From contig CM119266.1 of assembly GCA_051294375.1 (NCBI GenBank), positions 17,168,087 through 17,232,086 of the forward strand: 64,000 bases of DNA, written 5' to 3'. The position numbers and the translations under genes were made by a program. The notes below the pieces were generated by a model, which was not told where the DNA came from, did no database searches, and was given only the letters and a program-made list of their open reading frames with translations. Shown here piece by piece: positions 27,380-41,441 of the stretch. The DNA comes from Paraspadella gotoi. Lineage: Eukaryota > Animalia > Chaetognatha. Within the stretch, counting starts at the first letter, position 1, and the number at the start of each line of letters is the position of its first letter.

Positions 27380-28804
27380 CTGGAAATTGAGAATGAGTGA
27401 CGCTTTGTGCGGCCATCGGAGAGAAGACAACGATGTTAAGTAGATTTAGGATGAGACCTGAGAAAAGGAAAGTGAAATCATTGCTACAAGGACCTTCATA
27501 CACATAATTATAACAATTGTAAAAGTTGATAAACATTCTCCACGTTATCATTAAGGAAGCAGGTACACTGGAAGTTAATAAGCGACCAATGTTTTTGAGG
27601 CAGATAGCTAATTTAATAATATATTCATAAAAGAAATACTTTTTTGTGATAAGCATATAATGAAATATAAACCTAAATTATTTATTAACCCTATTAAAAA
27701 TATTGCAGAATAGTAAAATAGATTTTAAATGAAACCCTATCATATATATGAGAAATGATCTAAACTGCTACAATATGTAAATGAGATTGGAGTTCTATAA
27801 CTCATTTATTGTGATTTAACATCGATTATGAGGAAAACGCTTTATGTTTATTTGAGCAATAATATTTCGTTAACATCGGCTTAACCAATAACCATAGTCA
27901 TTTGTCGAAGTGTTAATCACCAAATATATGTACTCATACCGCCATATGCGATGACTCTAAGCAACTATAACTCATTGAAATGAACCACGAGTTTTCTGCC
28001 GCGAGACCGGATACTCCCCGCTCATCAGCAATAATATAGTTTTAATCCAGAACCAAAATTCTGGATAATCCGTGGTCATTTGTCGAGATTTCTCATTCCT
28101 CGTTTTTGACTTCGTTTTCCCATTAGCGTCTTGACAACCAATTAACAATGGGCGCCTGTCAAAAGCCTCGTTTGCCCAGTTCGTCCTGTTTTCGTCCGCA
28201 TTTATAATGGGAACAGCCACTTCTGTATTTCATTTAACGTTTGAAACCTTTGATTATACTCAGGCTTAACGTAATATTTTAAGGCCGTAGAAAAAAATTC
28301 ACCTTTTCATAGATGATAAAATACAAACAAATTTTGGCCGGGGACTCGTCCAAAAACGACCCGTGGAAAATTAATCTCGCCTCTCTCTCTTCTCTTTCTC
28401 TCTCTCTCTCGTCCTCTCTGTCTCTCTCCTTCGTCCAAACAAAATTAAGTCGTTCGAGATAAAAACCCTTTTATGTCTCTTTTTTTTCATTCAAGTTCTT
28501 CATTTGTTTTTTTCAATCCATAATCTGTTTTTCAGGATTTCTCTTTCTTCTTGCTTCTTCTTCTCTTTTCTCTCTGGTAACTATTTTCTCTTTTTCCCTA
28601 TCTCTTTTCTTTCTTTCTTTCTTTCTCTCTTTTTTCTTTCTTTTTTCTTTCTTTCTTTCTTTCTTTCTTTTTTTCCTTTCTTCTCTTATCTTTCTTTTCT
28701 TTATTTCTTTATTTTCTTTCCTTTTTTTTCTATTTTTTCTTTCTTTCTTTCTCCCTTTATTTCATTCTTTTTCTCACTCTCTCTCTATCTGTCGAGAATA
28801 TCCC

Positions 28805-28875
<71 letters not shown>

Positions 28876-29695
28876 AGAGAGCACCGGTTTTCTGGATCTT
28901 ACAACGTAAATCAAAACTGAAAAAGATTGTTTTATTTCTAGAATTTTATACGTAAGGACATCTCAAAACTTCTAAAGACAAAAATAAATAATTAGGCAGT
29001 CATAATCCTAAGTAGGTCTAAACCTCTGACGGAAAAAATCCAGAGGTTTTTTAAATATAATCCCTATACCGGCAATGTAGAACAAGGGCAATATGGTTCA
29101 TGTTAAGTAATAAGGGCAATATGGTTAATGTTAAGTAAAGTAAAGTGAATTATAGAAATAATTAACAAAAAATTTTGGGAAATCACCTCTTGGATGGAAT
29201 TTTTTGCCATAAAAGTATGACTCCGGATGAAACTCTTAAGAATTCCGATCGCTTTTAGCATTTTGTGTAAAATAAAATTCACCCAAAGCGAGTAGTTCAT
29301 CCTATCAATATTAATAACTAAATGAACATGTAAAGAAAATTTTACGAGCCCTTCAGACACTGGGGGCCAGAGGATCCCTTGAAGTCATTTGTTGAACCAA
29401 TCCATCTGATATCCTAAGCAAATAAATTAAAAGATATTTTGATATTATGAACAACAGTTATAGTGGTCGTTCTCGGTCGTCGTAATGTATTCTATAGATA
29501 AATCATAAAAAAGTTTTTTCTTAACGACGAAACCGAAAGTTTTCAAGAATATTTTAAATTAAGTCCCTGTGTTGTCATTTTCATTACCTGGCATGGTTGG
29601 AAGTGTGGTTAGTGAGGAGAGAGAGAATAGATTATTGGCGTGTATGGGGGAGGATAGATAGAGATAGAGAAAAAAAAGGAAGAAAGATTTGAGGC

Positions 29696-29743
<48 letters not shown>

Positions 29744-30953
29744 AGAGAGAGAGAGAGAGAGAGAAGAAGAGAGAGAAAAGAGAGCGCGGCCACAGATTAC
29801 GTTATTTATTTTGTGTCCAACGCAGTTTTCTTTTCTACAACCATGACAAACGTTCGTCGTTCTCACCTGTTTCCCCATTTAAATTCCCTCATGCAATTCA
29901 GGCAGCCGTCTTTGTCGTCCCGTCGGTCCTAGTCGGTCGTTCGGTCGTCGTCGTCGTCGGGGCGCCGTTGGGGAAATATAGCCCTTGTAAGAAAATATAA
30001 AAAAAAAATAGAAAACAAAAAGATAATTTGGAGGCTAAAAATGTTGTTTAAATATTTTTAGATTTTCTTTGAATGAGGAGGAGGAAAGAAGAGAAAAAGG
30101 AAAAATGGAAAAGGAGAAAAAATTCCAAAGGTCAAAGAACAAGAGAAGAGGAAAAGATAAAAAGAGAATTTTGCAACAATAGTCAAGTATTTTTTCGAAA
30201 AGAATGACAGCAAAAACAAAAGAGTTTTATTCTGAAATTGTACAACCAATATAAAAATTATCCCATTAATTTAATAAATAAGGCTATCTTGTCCTTGCTT
30301 CGGCGGACATATGGATATATTATATTTATTATATATTTACTTTGAATTGATTTTTTAACTATATTTTTTTAAATATTATTTTCTTAACAACACCTATTTT
30401 CTACACAAACTTCCTTCCTTTCTCTCCTCCGTAACACAAATCATTATCGTAATCTGTTACTTATCCCAATAAGGCCTATTACCACAACCCTAGCCCATAC
30501 TTTAAAATCTAGAACAAACATTTAATTCTGAATTTAAAGTTCAAATGGGGTGGGGGTGTTTCGGAAAAAAAAAAAAAAAAAATGGTCGCTAATTTTCTTT
30601 TCATTTTTGGTCACGATGATTCCAGTCTCTTTATTCCCAATTTGTTTAAATTTATTGTCACGAGATTTAATTATTATTTTTTTTTTTTTTTTTTTTCAGC
30701 TTCCTCCTTCGCGACAACCGGAATAACGAATTATCACAGCGACGTGACATGTGACATGACATGAAACGACATGACTGAATGACATTGTACTTTTATTTCT
30801 GTATTTCGTTCCGTTTACTTGTCTCTACTCACGGACGCACGACGAAGGATCGTCGGAGGAAGAAGATAAACGTAGAAGGCGATTCGTTCGTATTTTCGCG
30901 GGTCTTTCGTCGTAGTCGGCGGATGGGAACCGTTGGGGGGTGCCGATGGAGCC
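27380..30953 (-). CDS. Third copy of the GPCR exons
   Basis: +13,698 offset from 13682-17255. Confidence 0.55.
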
Positions 30954-31189
30954 TTGTGGAAAGGGGGTAAGGAATGGAGTGAATGAGATGAATGAGCTGA
31001 ATGAATGAAGATAAAGAAATAAGCAGATTAAAGAATTAACGGAATGAATTTGTTAAATAGATAAATGAAGTGATAGAGAATGGATGAATTAATTTAAAGA
31101 AATTACTGAAATGAAAATAAAGGAATTAACATTATAAATTAATTAAACAAATTAATTATTAAATGTAGGGAACCACGGAATTAAATGCT

Positions 31190-31252
<63 letters not shown>

Positions 31253-31567
31253 GAGAGAGGAGACAGAGAGAGAGAGAGAGGAGAGAGAGAGAGGAGAGAG
31301 AGAGAAAGCCATGAGCAATATTACTCGGAATACAAACTTTGGTGTTGGATGATATATTTTAAAAATTCATTTATGAAAAGTTTTAGCTTTATGAACGCAA
31401 AATAACCGTAGTTATATAACAATAGCCTGCAATTTTGACTTAAAGACAGAAAATTCGGTCCGATTCAACATTGTTTATCTTTAGGAATAAAAAAATCTTT
31501 CTAAAAAGGACCTTAGTGCCAAAAAGACGATGTAACCTAGTTACTTTGATCAAAAATAGTTTTAGTA

Positions 31568-31600
<33 letters not shown>

Positions 31601-32174
31601 TCTTCTCTCCTCTCTCCTCTCACTCTCTCTCTCTCTCTCCTCTCTCTCTAAAAGATAAAAAGAAACGCCCCTTGTCATCACATTTTTTAGACAAACTCGA
31701 CCATTTTATTCAACTTAAATTTTTTATCTTTTAATTTTTTCTTATGACTCAGATTTTGAATAAAAGGAGAAATCAGAAGAGAAACGAATGTTCAGTACTT
31801 CGCCATTTTTTTTTGTCGAATTTAACTTCAAATTTTAAATTTATCTAAACTTTTTTGTAAGTATTTTGTGATTTTTTACTCAGTATTATCATATGTTTTT
31901 TTTTATTTATTTGTTCTTCGCTTTTCTTGAGGTTAATTTTTTATTAAAAATGTTTTTATTCTTTTTTCTTTTTTTTTTTTGAACATTTACTTTTGTTTCA
32001 ATTATTTTTAACTAAATTTCGGTTCATTTCATTTCTCTCTTTTTCATTTAGAAAAAAGTTTTTATTATCTCGGTCATAATTCTCGGTTTTATCCGACATC
32101 TCCCCATGTCATTTTCTCCTGTCGTTATTTCTTATAATCTCCACTGTCATCTTTCAGCGACAACCTCAGCCACA

Positions 32175-34182
32175 AAGAAGATCTTCGTCGCCATTTGCCT
32201 TTTTGTCTTCGCTTCTCTCGCCTTCCCGCTCAAACTCACCGTCAGCCTCACCTCGCGTCAACGAAGTCTCATCCTTAGCAGAGGTAAGTTCGATCGAGCA
32301 ACACAAATACGAACTGAAAACAGGGATAATTGCTTGATCATGTGTTGGAAATCTTACGTAATTATGTCCGTCTAACATACAATTAACAAATCTTTTTTTT
32401 CCTTCGTTCTCTCTCTTCCCTTTCCCCCTTCCCCCTCTCTCCCTGCTCTTTTCTCTCTTTCTTCCCACTCTGCTTTATTTCCACCTCTTATCCTTCTCTC
32501 CACTCTCCCTCACCCACTCCTCTCATTCTCTCCCCCCTCTTCTCTCGCATACCCCCTTCTCCCCTCCCCTCTCTCTTCTCTTTTTCCCGCTATTCCTCCC
32601 CTTCTCCACTTCTAACCACCTCCCTTCGCCTTTCTCCCCCCTTCTGACCCTCTCCCCCATTCTCCACTCTCCTCTCTCCTCCTCCCGCCCCCTCTCCTCC
32701 ACTCTCCACATCCTAACCCCACCTCCCCTTCGCCTTCTCCCTTCTTTTCCCGCTCCCGCCTTTCCACTCTCCCTTTCTCTCCTCCCTCCCCTGCCCCTTT
32801 CCTCCCTTCTCCACTCTCTAACGCGCCACCGTCCCCTTTCTCTCCTCCTCCCCTGCCCCTCTTCCTCCCTTCTCCCTCACTCTCATGCAGCCACCGCATT
32901 CGCGACAGTCTCCGTAGTCCACGGCACAGACGGCGAGCGGGTGCTTCTCCATTTTGGCAAGAGCTTTGTTTCGGAGCGGCCTTTGAACGAAACGCCCCGG
33001 CCAATTGGGCTGGGTCAGCGAAAGATCGTGCCCACGCGAGCTCACTGCAAACTGTGCCCCGCTTCAAACCTCAGCCGCAGCCTTTTCCTCATTATATTTT
33101 AGTAATTGGCATAATTTTTTTGGGGGGCCTAAAGAATTTAACCGATTTGCTGATACAAAATTATTAATTTTTTTACGCATCAGCTTTAAACTCAAGTAAA
33201 TGATTTATATCCAGATAACAGATTTCCTATTTTCTTTCTCGATCAAATTTGAGTTAATACAAAATTTATATTTGCTTTTCTCAATCAGCTTAAAGTTTTA
33301 AGCCAAATGCTTTATACCATTGGCTGATACATAGTTAATATTTTCACCCAGATCAGCTTCAAATTCTCCCTCTAAGAGAGGTCTGCCAGCGGACATCAGC
33401 CTTTCCAACCTGCTCAGCCGCTTAAGCTGCAGAGGTCACCCAGTTTGTTACCAGTTCGTTGGATCCAAACGAACGAAAATTGCAGGTAAAGATTTTAACT
33501 TTATTTTATTTTTAAATTTATTTATTTATTTAATTGTAGCATTATTAAATTTATTTTAATCTATATCCTTTTGTTTAATTCATTTTAGTTTATTATTAAT
33601 AATCTGAAATATTTTGATTTCCTTTAGTATGAAGGATTATATTTTGTCTGATTTGTTGTGATTTTGATTTTATTAATTCAAGTCATTGATTAATTAATTT
33701 TATTTATTTCTTATATTTGGTTAAATTTGGTTTTGAATTTAATTTTATATCATTTGTAGTGGGTTTTTATTTGTTGTATTTGATTTTATTTTGGTTTGAT
33801 TTTAATTTGATTAGTAAGATTTAAGTATTCTAGACTAACATCAGCGCTTGACAATACTTAATGCCAAGCATCTGATCCAAATTAAACAATCATTTTGAAC
33901 CTACTCCGACACACGACGGTGTGGATGTTCTCTGTGAAGACTTGTTCGCAGCAAAAATGGTGGCTACATCAAGAGATAAGAAATTGCAGGTGTGATATAT
34001 AGTGGAAATGTGTTTGTGTAGTATTCTCAGATTATTACATAAACCTTTATTTCTATAGGTCACCCCGACATGGGAAGTACAAGTGTTTGGGTCTGCGTAT
34101 CCTTGGCAACCATGACGAGGGTTGTCCAGCATCAGAAACATCAGACTTTGGGAAAAAGTACATCATTCTCTCAGAAATTTGA
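32175..34182 (+). CDS. Third copy of the discoidin-like gene
   Basis: +13,698 offset from 18477-20484. Confidence 0.6.
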
Positions 34183-37100
34183 ATGAGTGAATCAGATTTT
34201 TAGGTTTGGCTTTTTGAATTTATTATATTCTTGCTTAGATTTTTCGAAATAATTTTAAGGTTTCGTGTTTGCAGAACAAATGGTTTATTTATTTGAAATA
34301 GAACAAAATGATTTTATTTTATTTATTTGTTTTGATCCCTACATTAATAAGATTCCTTTCTAAAACGTATATATTTTATTTTTTTTCATCATTACATCTT
34401 TTAATCCGGTATTTATTCATTATTTAATTGTGGTGGTTTTAAGTTACGCCTTTGATAACGCGCAAATAAAATATTTGGTTTCATTTTCATGCTGTCTTTG
34501 TGTAATTTGTTTCTAACTTGAAAAAAGATCATAAGCGCTATTCATTTTCAGACATTTAGTTATTTTGGGATGATGAAGTGAGAGAGAGAGAAAGAGAAAA
34601 ATATATTGACTTCCCCAATGCCGAGGTGATTAAAAAGAAAAAAATATTTGTTTGTGGCGCTTGAAGAGGGCTAAAAAAAAGAACAACACTCGCTCTGTTA
34701 CAAAACCAAACATGGCAAAGTAAAGGGTCTCTCTTTTCCCTCTCTCTCCTCTTCGTCTCTCTCTCTTTTCTCCTCTTCGATCGTCGTCTTCTCTCTCTCT
34801 CATCGTCTTTTCCTCTCTCTCTCTCTTTTAAATTCCACTCTTATCCATCTCGCCGCTTCTATCTCTCTCTCCTCGTTCCTCTCTCTCTCTCTCTCTCTCC
34901 CTCTCATTCTCTCTCTTCTCCTCTCTCTCTCTCTTTCTTTTTTTCCTCTTTTTTCTCTATCTTCTCCCTTTACACGCGCAATAATTATCTGCAATGGTCA
35001 AATTTTGATCCAAGTCATAAGGAATCATTCATGCAGCCAAGAAAATTATCTCTGGCGTCACTCTCATATCTTTTTTTCTTTTTCTTTCATTCTCTCATCT
35101 CTCCTCTTGCTCTCATTCACTATCATCAATTTTTTTTTTTAAAAGAAGTAAAATGTTTTTTTTTTAATTGGCTTTAAGCGCAAAATTCAATTAGAATTTT
35201 TTCAAAAAGAAACAAAAAGGAAAAAAAAAAATCGTTGAAGAAAAAATTGAATTCATTTGTATTCAAATTTATTAAAAACAATTTTTTTTAAAAAATTTTA
35301 AAATTCACCGAAGAAAATATTTAGTTTGAGTATCTTAGTATCTTAATGAAGAACAGGAAGGTTCAAGAGCCCCCCCCCGCGCCCCAGTTCCGCTGAAGCC
35401 GCTGCCACCGCCATTTTCCATCGGCCCTCGACTCGTTAAATGTTCCAGGTATCTAGATTTTTTATTAAAAATTATTATTTTTCTTTTACCCATGTTTCCT
35501 TTTCTTTTTGCTTTGTCCCAGTTTTTTTTGGGAAAACCTTTCAAGCAATTTTTCTTATCAGTTTTTTTTTTCACCGAACCCTCTCGCCTCTCCTCTTTTT
35601 CTCTCTCTCTCTCTTCACCTCTTTCTCTGCTCTCCCTCTCTCTCTTTCTCTCTCTCTCTCCTTTAATCCTTCCTATCCGCTCCCCCTTTCGTCTCTTCAC
35701 TGCTGCTTTTGTCTTTCTTTTTGATTGTTATTTTCTCTCACATTTGTATAATTCATTCGTCTCTCTCCTCTTTCTCTCTCTCTCTCTCTCTCCTCTCCTC
35801 TCTCCTCTCTCTCTCTCTCTCTCTTCTCTCGTCGTCTCTCTCCCATCTCTCTCTCGGTCTCTCTCTCTCTCATCCTCCTTTTTATCCTTAGCAAATTCTC
35901 TCTTTTTTTACCTCAAATATTTGCTTTTTTCTCTCCAATGTTCCTTCGGCTGCAGATTCAGTCATTCTCATTGCTGATTTTCCTTTCCAATTGATTTTTC
36001 TTTCCCCCAGCAGGTTTTTTATAACGGGAACAGGTGTCCAAATTTGATAGCAGGTGTTGGTGATAATTACCAGTTAAATAACTCATTATGCGAAGTTAAA
36101 TTGGACGGACTGTTGAGTTCAACGAAGTTGACTCGTTATTTGTACATGTGTACAATGTAACAATGTACAATGTAATTGTACATGTACTTTTATTTAATTA
36201 ATTCGTCTTAAGTTGATTAACCTAAAGTTTTCTTCTTTTTTCTTTTTTTTTTTCTTTTTGTTGATGTCAGATTTTTCTATCTTCTTCTTCAAGTCGAATG
36301 GTTTCTGGTTAGAATAGGGATTGAGAGAGAGAGGAAGAGAGAGAGAAGAGAGAGAGCAGAGAGAGAAGAGGCCCACGGGAGAAAATTTAAATAGCGAGAA
36401 ATAGATTAAGAAATTTGAAAGTTTAAGGTAAGTTTTAGGTTAAAGAAAAGGAAACAGAATTAAAATGATTGTTGAAAAAATAAATTCTCTTGCTATTATC
36501 TTTCAGGTAAGTCACCATTAAAATTAGTAGCAATCCATTTAAAATTATAATAATCGTTAAGTTAACCTATCTTTTTTTCCAGAGGAGGACCTACAAGCTT
36601 TTAAATCAAGACTCTTCTTACAGGTTTAGTTCAATTTTATTTTTAATTAATCTTTCCTAAACTTTTATATTATGAAATTGGTACAACCAATTATATTATT
36701 CTCTTACAAAATCTTTTTTTGAACCCTAATAGAAAGATACAGTACAATACTTTAGCTTTTGCTTTGAAACGGAATGTAGTCCTATCACCTCTCTCTCGTC
36801 GTCTCCTCTCTCTCGTCTCTCTCTCTCTTCTCTCTCTCTCTTTTCTCTCTCTCTCTCTCTCGTCTCCGTCTCTCTCCTCTCTCTCTATCTCTCTCCTCTC
36901 CTCTCTCTCTCTTCTTTTTATGCGTTTTTTGAGTCGCCGGATATAACATAAATCAATCTTTATTTTAAATTCTTTTGGCTTCTGTTAATCGTTTAACTCC
37001 ATAATTTTTTTTTAAATGCTTTTGTTTTGATTTGGCTTTAAGTTTTTATTGTTTTTATCAATTGTCCTTCTGCGATAATAATTCGGACTTTCATTTTTTT

Positions 37101-37264
37101 TTCTTTCGCAACAACGCCGAACTTGTGAAAAAAAGGATCTTGTGAAAAATCCGTAATTAATAATTTTAATTAATTTATACTTTTTTTTTAAAATTACCTA
37201 GGAAGAAAAATTAATAAATAAATGATGAATCGCGATGATTGGTCCTAGGATTCTTATGAGCGAA

Positions 37265-37369
37265 AACATCAATCATCAACATCATATCAATCAATCATCA
37301 TCATCAAATCATCAACTCATCAATCATCAATATCATCATCATCANNNNNNNNNNNNNNNNNNNNNNNNN

Positions 37370-37405
<36 letters not shown>
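37265..37405. repeat. (ATC)n microsatellite spanning a 25-N gap
   Basis: Direct inspection. Confidence 0.9.
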
Positions 37406-37686
37406 ACATGATTTTTAAAATTTCATCAATACAAATGATAATTGTGATTGACTTTAGATGAACTTTAACGAATCAAAAATAAATGAATAAATAAATGAAT
37501 AAATGAAACCTCATTAAGATGGATAAAATTCGCGATTTAAATTAAAACTAAAACGAATAAAGTAAAGTGCGATTGCCTACAGAAAAAAAAACCGCGAAAA
37601 ACATTATAATTATAATAATATCAAATAGTTTTGAACAAATATCAAAGGGAAATAAAATCAAGTTGAATGAATTATGGATAAGATTA

Positions 37687-37776
37687 GGCTATATTTTTCA
37701 AATTCGCCCAATTTCCGGTTTTAGATTTAAATCAGGAAATAGTAACAGAAACTGGGCGCTTTCAGAAAATAGTGCC
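37687..37776. mobile_element. Short MITE-like element with imperfect inverted termini of about 28 bp
   Basis: GGCTATATTTTTCAAATTCGCCCAATTT pairs imperfectly with AAACTGGGCGCTTTCAGAAAATAGTGCC. Confidence 0.55.
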
Positions 37777-38821
37777 AAAAAGTATGTATAAAAAGTAAAC
37801 TCACGTGTAACTCGCATTATTTGTATCGTTTTTGTAGAATCTTTCGACGAGGGAATCTAGGATGACCATTTCGTAATCGCGGTCGTCGTCGTCGTCGTCG
37901 TCGTCGTCGTCCAAGAAGCGGGAAAATTCAAATAAAAGAAAAACGCGGAGATAAAAAGTTAATTTGATCGAAGATTAAATGTTTCCTTACAATAGTCGAA
38001 TCGTAAAGGAAGGATTATACGTCCTTCATTTTGTTTTATTAAATATTGTATGAAAAGTTTTTTTTTCGCAACAGCTGCAGTCGTCAACGAGAAGCTTTTC
38101 GATTAACTTAATAATTAATGAATTAATGAATCTGTTAGTTTTATAAAAAAAGAAAATATTGCCAATAATGTTGGGGATAATAATTCCTAAAAAACTACTG
38201 TAATCTCTGCGTTTGATGGACTAAGATTAAGAAAGACAACTTTGTGTTGATCCTTTTTTTTTTTNNNNNNNNNNNNNNNNNNNNNNNNNNNNNNNNNNNN
38301 NNNNNNNNNNNNNNNNNNNNNNNNNNNNNNNNNNNNNNNNNNNNNNNNNNNNNNNNNNNNNNNNNNNNNNNNNNNNNNNNNNNNNNNNNNNNNNNNNNNN
38401 NNNNNNNNTATAAGGCTATGATAATGATATGGGGAAAAGAGAGAACGGAGTGAGAGCGAGTCATTCATCAGAGAAAGATCATCCGTTTGAGACGATTGAT
38501 TGTGGAGAGAAAAGTGGAATTTGACTGAAACTGAGAAATGACGAATGGAAAAACGGAAATGAAAAAATGGAAGCGAAAGGGAAACAAAAGGAAAGTAGCA
38601 GGAAACAAAAGGTAAATAAAAGAGAAATTAAAGGGAAACAAAAAGTTAACAAAAGAAAACAAAAGGAAATTAAAGGGAAACAAAAGGGAAACGGAATTTA
38701 CACCAATTTAGATCAAACTTTAATATTTCTTTCCCTCGTCTCAATGGCTAAACGGGCTAAATCTTCTCTTCTCTTCTCTTCTCTTCTCTTCTCTTCTCTT
38801 CTCTTCTCTTCTCTTTAATTG

Positions 38822-39302
38822 ATAAAAAAAATTATTTTATGTTTTATAATTTTCGCAGTAGGCTATATTTATATATAGTACTATCCTTGTGTTAATTTCC
38901 TTTTGTTTCGTTGTTTATGTAGATTTATCCTTAAAAAATCATACAATTTCAAAATGGACTTTTCTTAATTTTGATGGCAGATTTAAATTCCTCGTCAAAA
39001 GTTGATAAAAGAAAATATAACTCATTTTCAAAAATTTTGTCATTAAGTAGGTTAAAAATTTAAAAAAATATATTTAATAAACAAAAATTTAATTTTTAGC
39101 TTAAAATATAGGTTTTTTCGATTTTTGACCAACTTAATGAAATAATTTTTAAAAAAGAGTTATATTTCTTTTTAACAACTTTTTATGACGAATCCAAATC
39201 TACAAAAAAATCTTATAAAAATTTTAACATTTATAGGGTTAGAACTATATATAAATATAGCCTACAGAGTAAATTAAAAAAATTATAATAAATTTTTTTA
39301 TA
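38822..39302. mobile_element. AT-rich foldback / palindromic element of about 480 bp
   Basis: Perfect 22-bp inverted repeat GTAGGCTATATTTATATATAGT (38858-38879 vs 39244-39265) with imperfect inner arms (about 38997-39070 vs 39112-39182). Confidence 0.6.
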
Positions 39303-39397
39303 CATTACTGTTCATTAATACACCCGTTGTTTATTCCTCACTTTTAGAATTTTAATTTAAGTTAAATTGAGACTTTTTACTACGCTTTAATCCCTAG

Positions 39398-39456
39398 GTT
39401 TCAATTTCAAATATGCCAGCGACAGAAGACGAACACTGTGGGTTCGCTGCTCAAAA
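39398..39456 (+). CDS. Weak candidate exon (ATG 39413, MPATEDEHCGFAAQ)
   Basis: Acceptor ccctAG and consensus donor AA|GTGAGT flank a short higher-GC segment. No homology recognised. Confidence 0.25.
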
Positions 39457-40283
39457 GTGAGTTGGTGAGATATCCCATGCTTGGGGTATCACGGACGATC
39501 ACACCCTGGCCTTACTACATTGTCATTTATAAAAAAAAAAAATGAAAATCTTTGTTCGGGAAGTCACAAGTCAAATTTTTCATTTCTACATTTTTTTATT
39601 AACTTTTTTCCATCTTTTAAAAGGGAATCTTGACCAAAAATTTTACCTTTATGTCAGTCTCCTCTCTCTTCTGTCTCTCTCTCGTATCTCTCTCTCTCTC
39701 ACTCTCTCTCTCTCTCTCTCGTCTCCGATCGTCTCTACTCGCTCCCTCTCTCTCTCTCATTGCTCCTCTCTCTCTCTCTCGATCGTCTCTCGTCTCCTAC
39801 ATATCTTGTTTCCCCTCTCTCATCTCTCGGTTCGTTTTCCTATCGATCTGCATTCCGCCCTCGACTCTGATCCTGTGTTGCGTGGTTTGCTTGCGCAACC
39901 GCTAGGCTTATCGCAGCATGCATCTGTAGGCTGCTGTGCTTGTGAGGCTAGATCTTCGCCTCTCCCTGATCTCAACAGAAAGTATGAAAGAAAAAAGAAC
40001 AAAAAATATTTTACAAGAAAAACAAGTATGAAATTGACTTTTAAGATTCAGACAAAGAGATTAATTCAAAAGGATTTAAACAAAGAAATTTAAACTACTA
40101 GAAAATCGGGAGATTTATAGAAAGATATTTTGAGTATATATTACTTTAATTTCTTAGTGTTTTTGCCAGGTAAATGCCAAAAACATGTACGTTATCAAAA
40201 TTAAGCTGTCGTTGTTAAAAAAAAAGAAAAATTATTTTAGATAAAGAGAGAAAGATAGAGAATGGTGAGGGGCAACATGAAGG

Positions 40284-40627
40284 AGCGATATGATAGAGCA
40301 ATTTAACAGAGGGATATCATAGAGCGGTATGATATTGCAAAATGACTGAGCAATGTGATAGAGCAATATGATACAGCTATATGATAGAGCAATATGTTGA
40401 GCAGTATGATAAAGCAATATGTTTGAGCGATGTTATAGATCAATATGATAGAATGATATGATAAAGCGATGTGATTGAGCAATATGATAACAGGATATGA
40501 TAAAGCGATGTGACAGAGTGATGTTTGAGCAATATGATAAAATGATATGGAAGAACGATTAAAATAGCGATATGACAGAGCGGTGTGATTGAACAATATG
40601 ATGAAATGATATGATTGAGCGATATGC
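40284..40627. repeat. Degenerate 13-bp minisatellite, consensus GCAATATGATAGA
   Basis: Roughly 25 diverged units visible in tandem. Confidence 0.8.
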
Positions 40628-40852
40628 AAGATCAATGTGAAAGAAACCAAGCGATAAGGCGATTTGAGGCGAAAATTTAGTCAAAAACGAAAAATATTTT
40701 TATCTTTTGACGAAAAAAAAGAAAAAGAAAAAAGGAAAAGGTGACGATGAAGACGAAGACGACGAAAAAGACGACGATGATGAAAACGACGACGACGGGG
40801 CCATTACAGACTTCCGGTAAGGCGCGTGGAAGCCGCGTGGAACGAGAAACGC

Positions 40853-40891
<39 letters not shown>

Positions 40892-41254
40892 ATGAGTTTG
40901 CCCGCGTTTAAAGTACGGAAATAAAAAACCCACGACAACAGCGAGAACGACGAGGACGACGACGACGACGACGACATATTTTAAATAGAAAAAAGAAAGA
41001 TGTCAATAAAAAAAAACTATGATGGTTTTGCAGTTCTTAGTAGTTTCCGTACTTCTTATAAACAAGAACGGTAATTCAAATGTGTTGCGCCGCAGTGACT
41101 GCCTTATCACGTTTATTTTTCGTGACATGATATGACATAATATGAACTGACCCGACGTGACATGACATGACTACTACATGACTACCATAACTTTCTTAGC
41201 CCATGTATTTACGACACGCACAGCATCGGAATTACGTCTTTTGCTTTTTATAGT

Positions 41255-41441
41255 TTTTGGATTTCCTGAAGGTGGCGCTAGTAGTCACTTAAATTTGAGG
41301 ATTTTCCCTTCTTAACAAATAAGCAACTAACTTATGAGCATTTTTAATGTAAGTGGGACAGACCGGCTGACCGACCGACCGACCGACCGAAAAGTGACTT
41401 AGAGAGTTACCTTCTGAGAATATATCGGGATCACCTAAAAA
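41255..41441 (-). mobile_element. HINE-like 5' end fragment
   Basis: Minus strand reads TTTTTAG...CTCTCTAAGTCACTTTTCGGTCGGTCGGTCGG..GTCCCAC, the same layout as 44582-44655. Confidence 0.45.

Larger units (their letters stand above)
9817..36925. repeat. Direct duplication 9817-23227 = 23515-36925 (13.4 kb, offset 13,698), probable assembly artefact
   Basis: Every ORF in the track recurs at exactly +13,698 with identical translation, including frameshift-derived ORFs. A 25-N gap at 23228-23252 marks the junction. Confidence 0.9.

Noticed and set aside
9817-36925. Real tandem amplification with pseudogenised copies
   Set aside because: Identical indels in both copies and placeholder gaps point to assembly duplication of noisy sequence.
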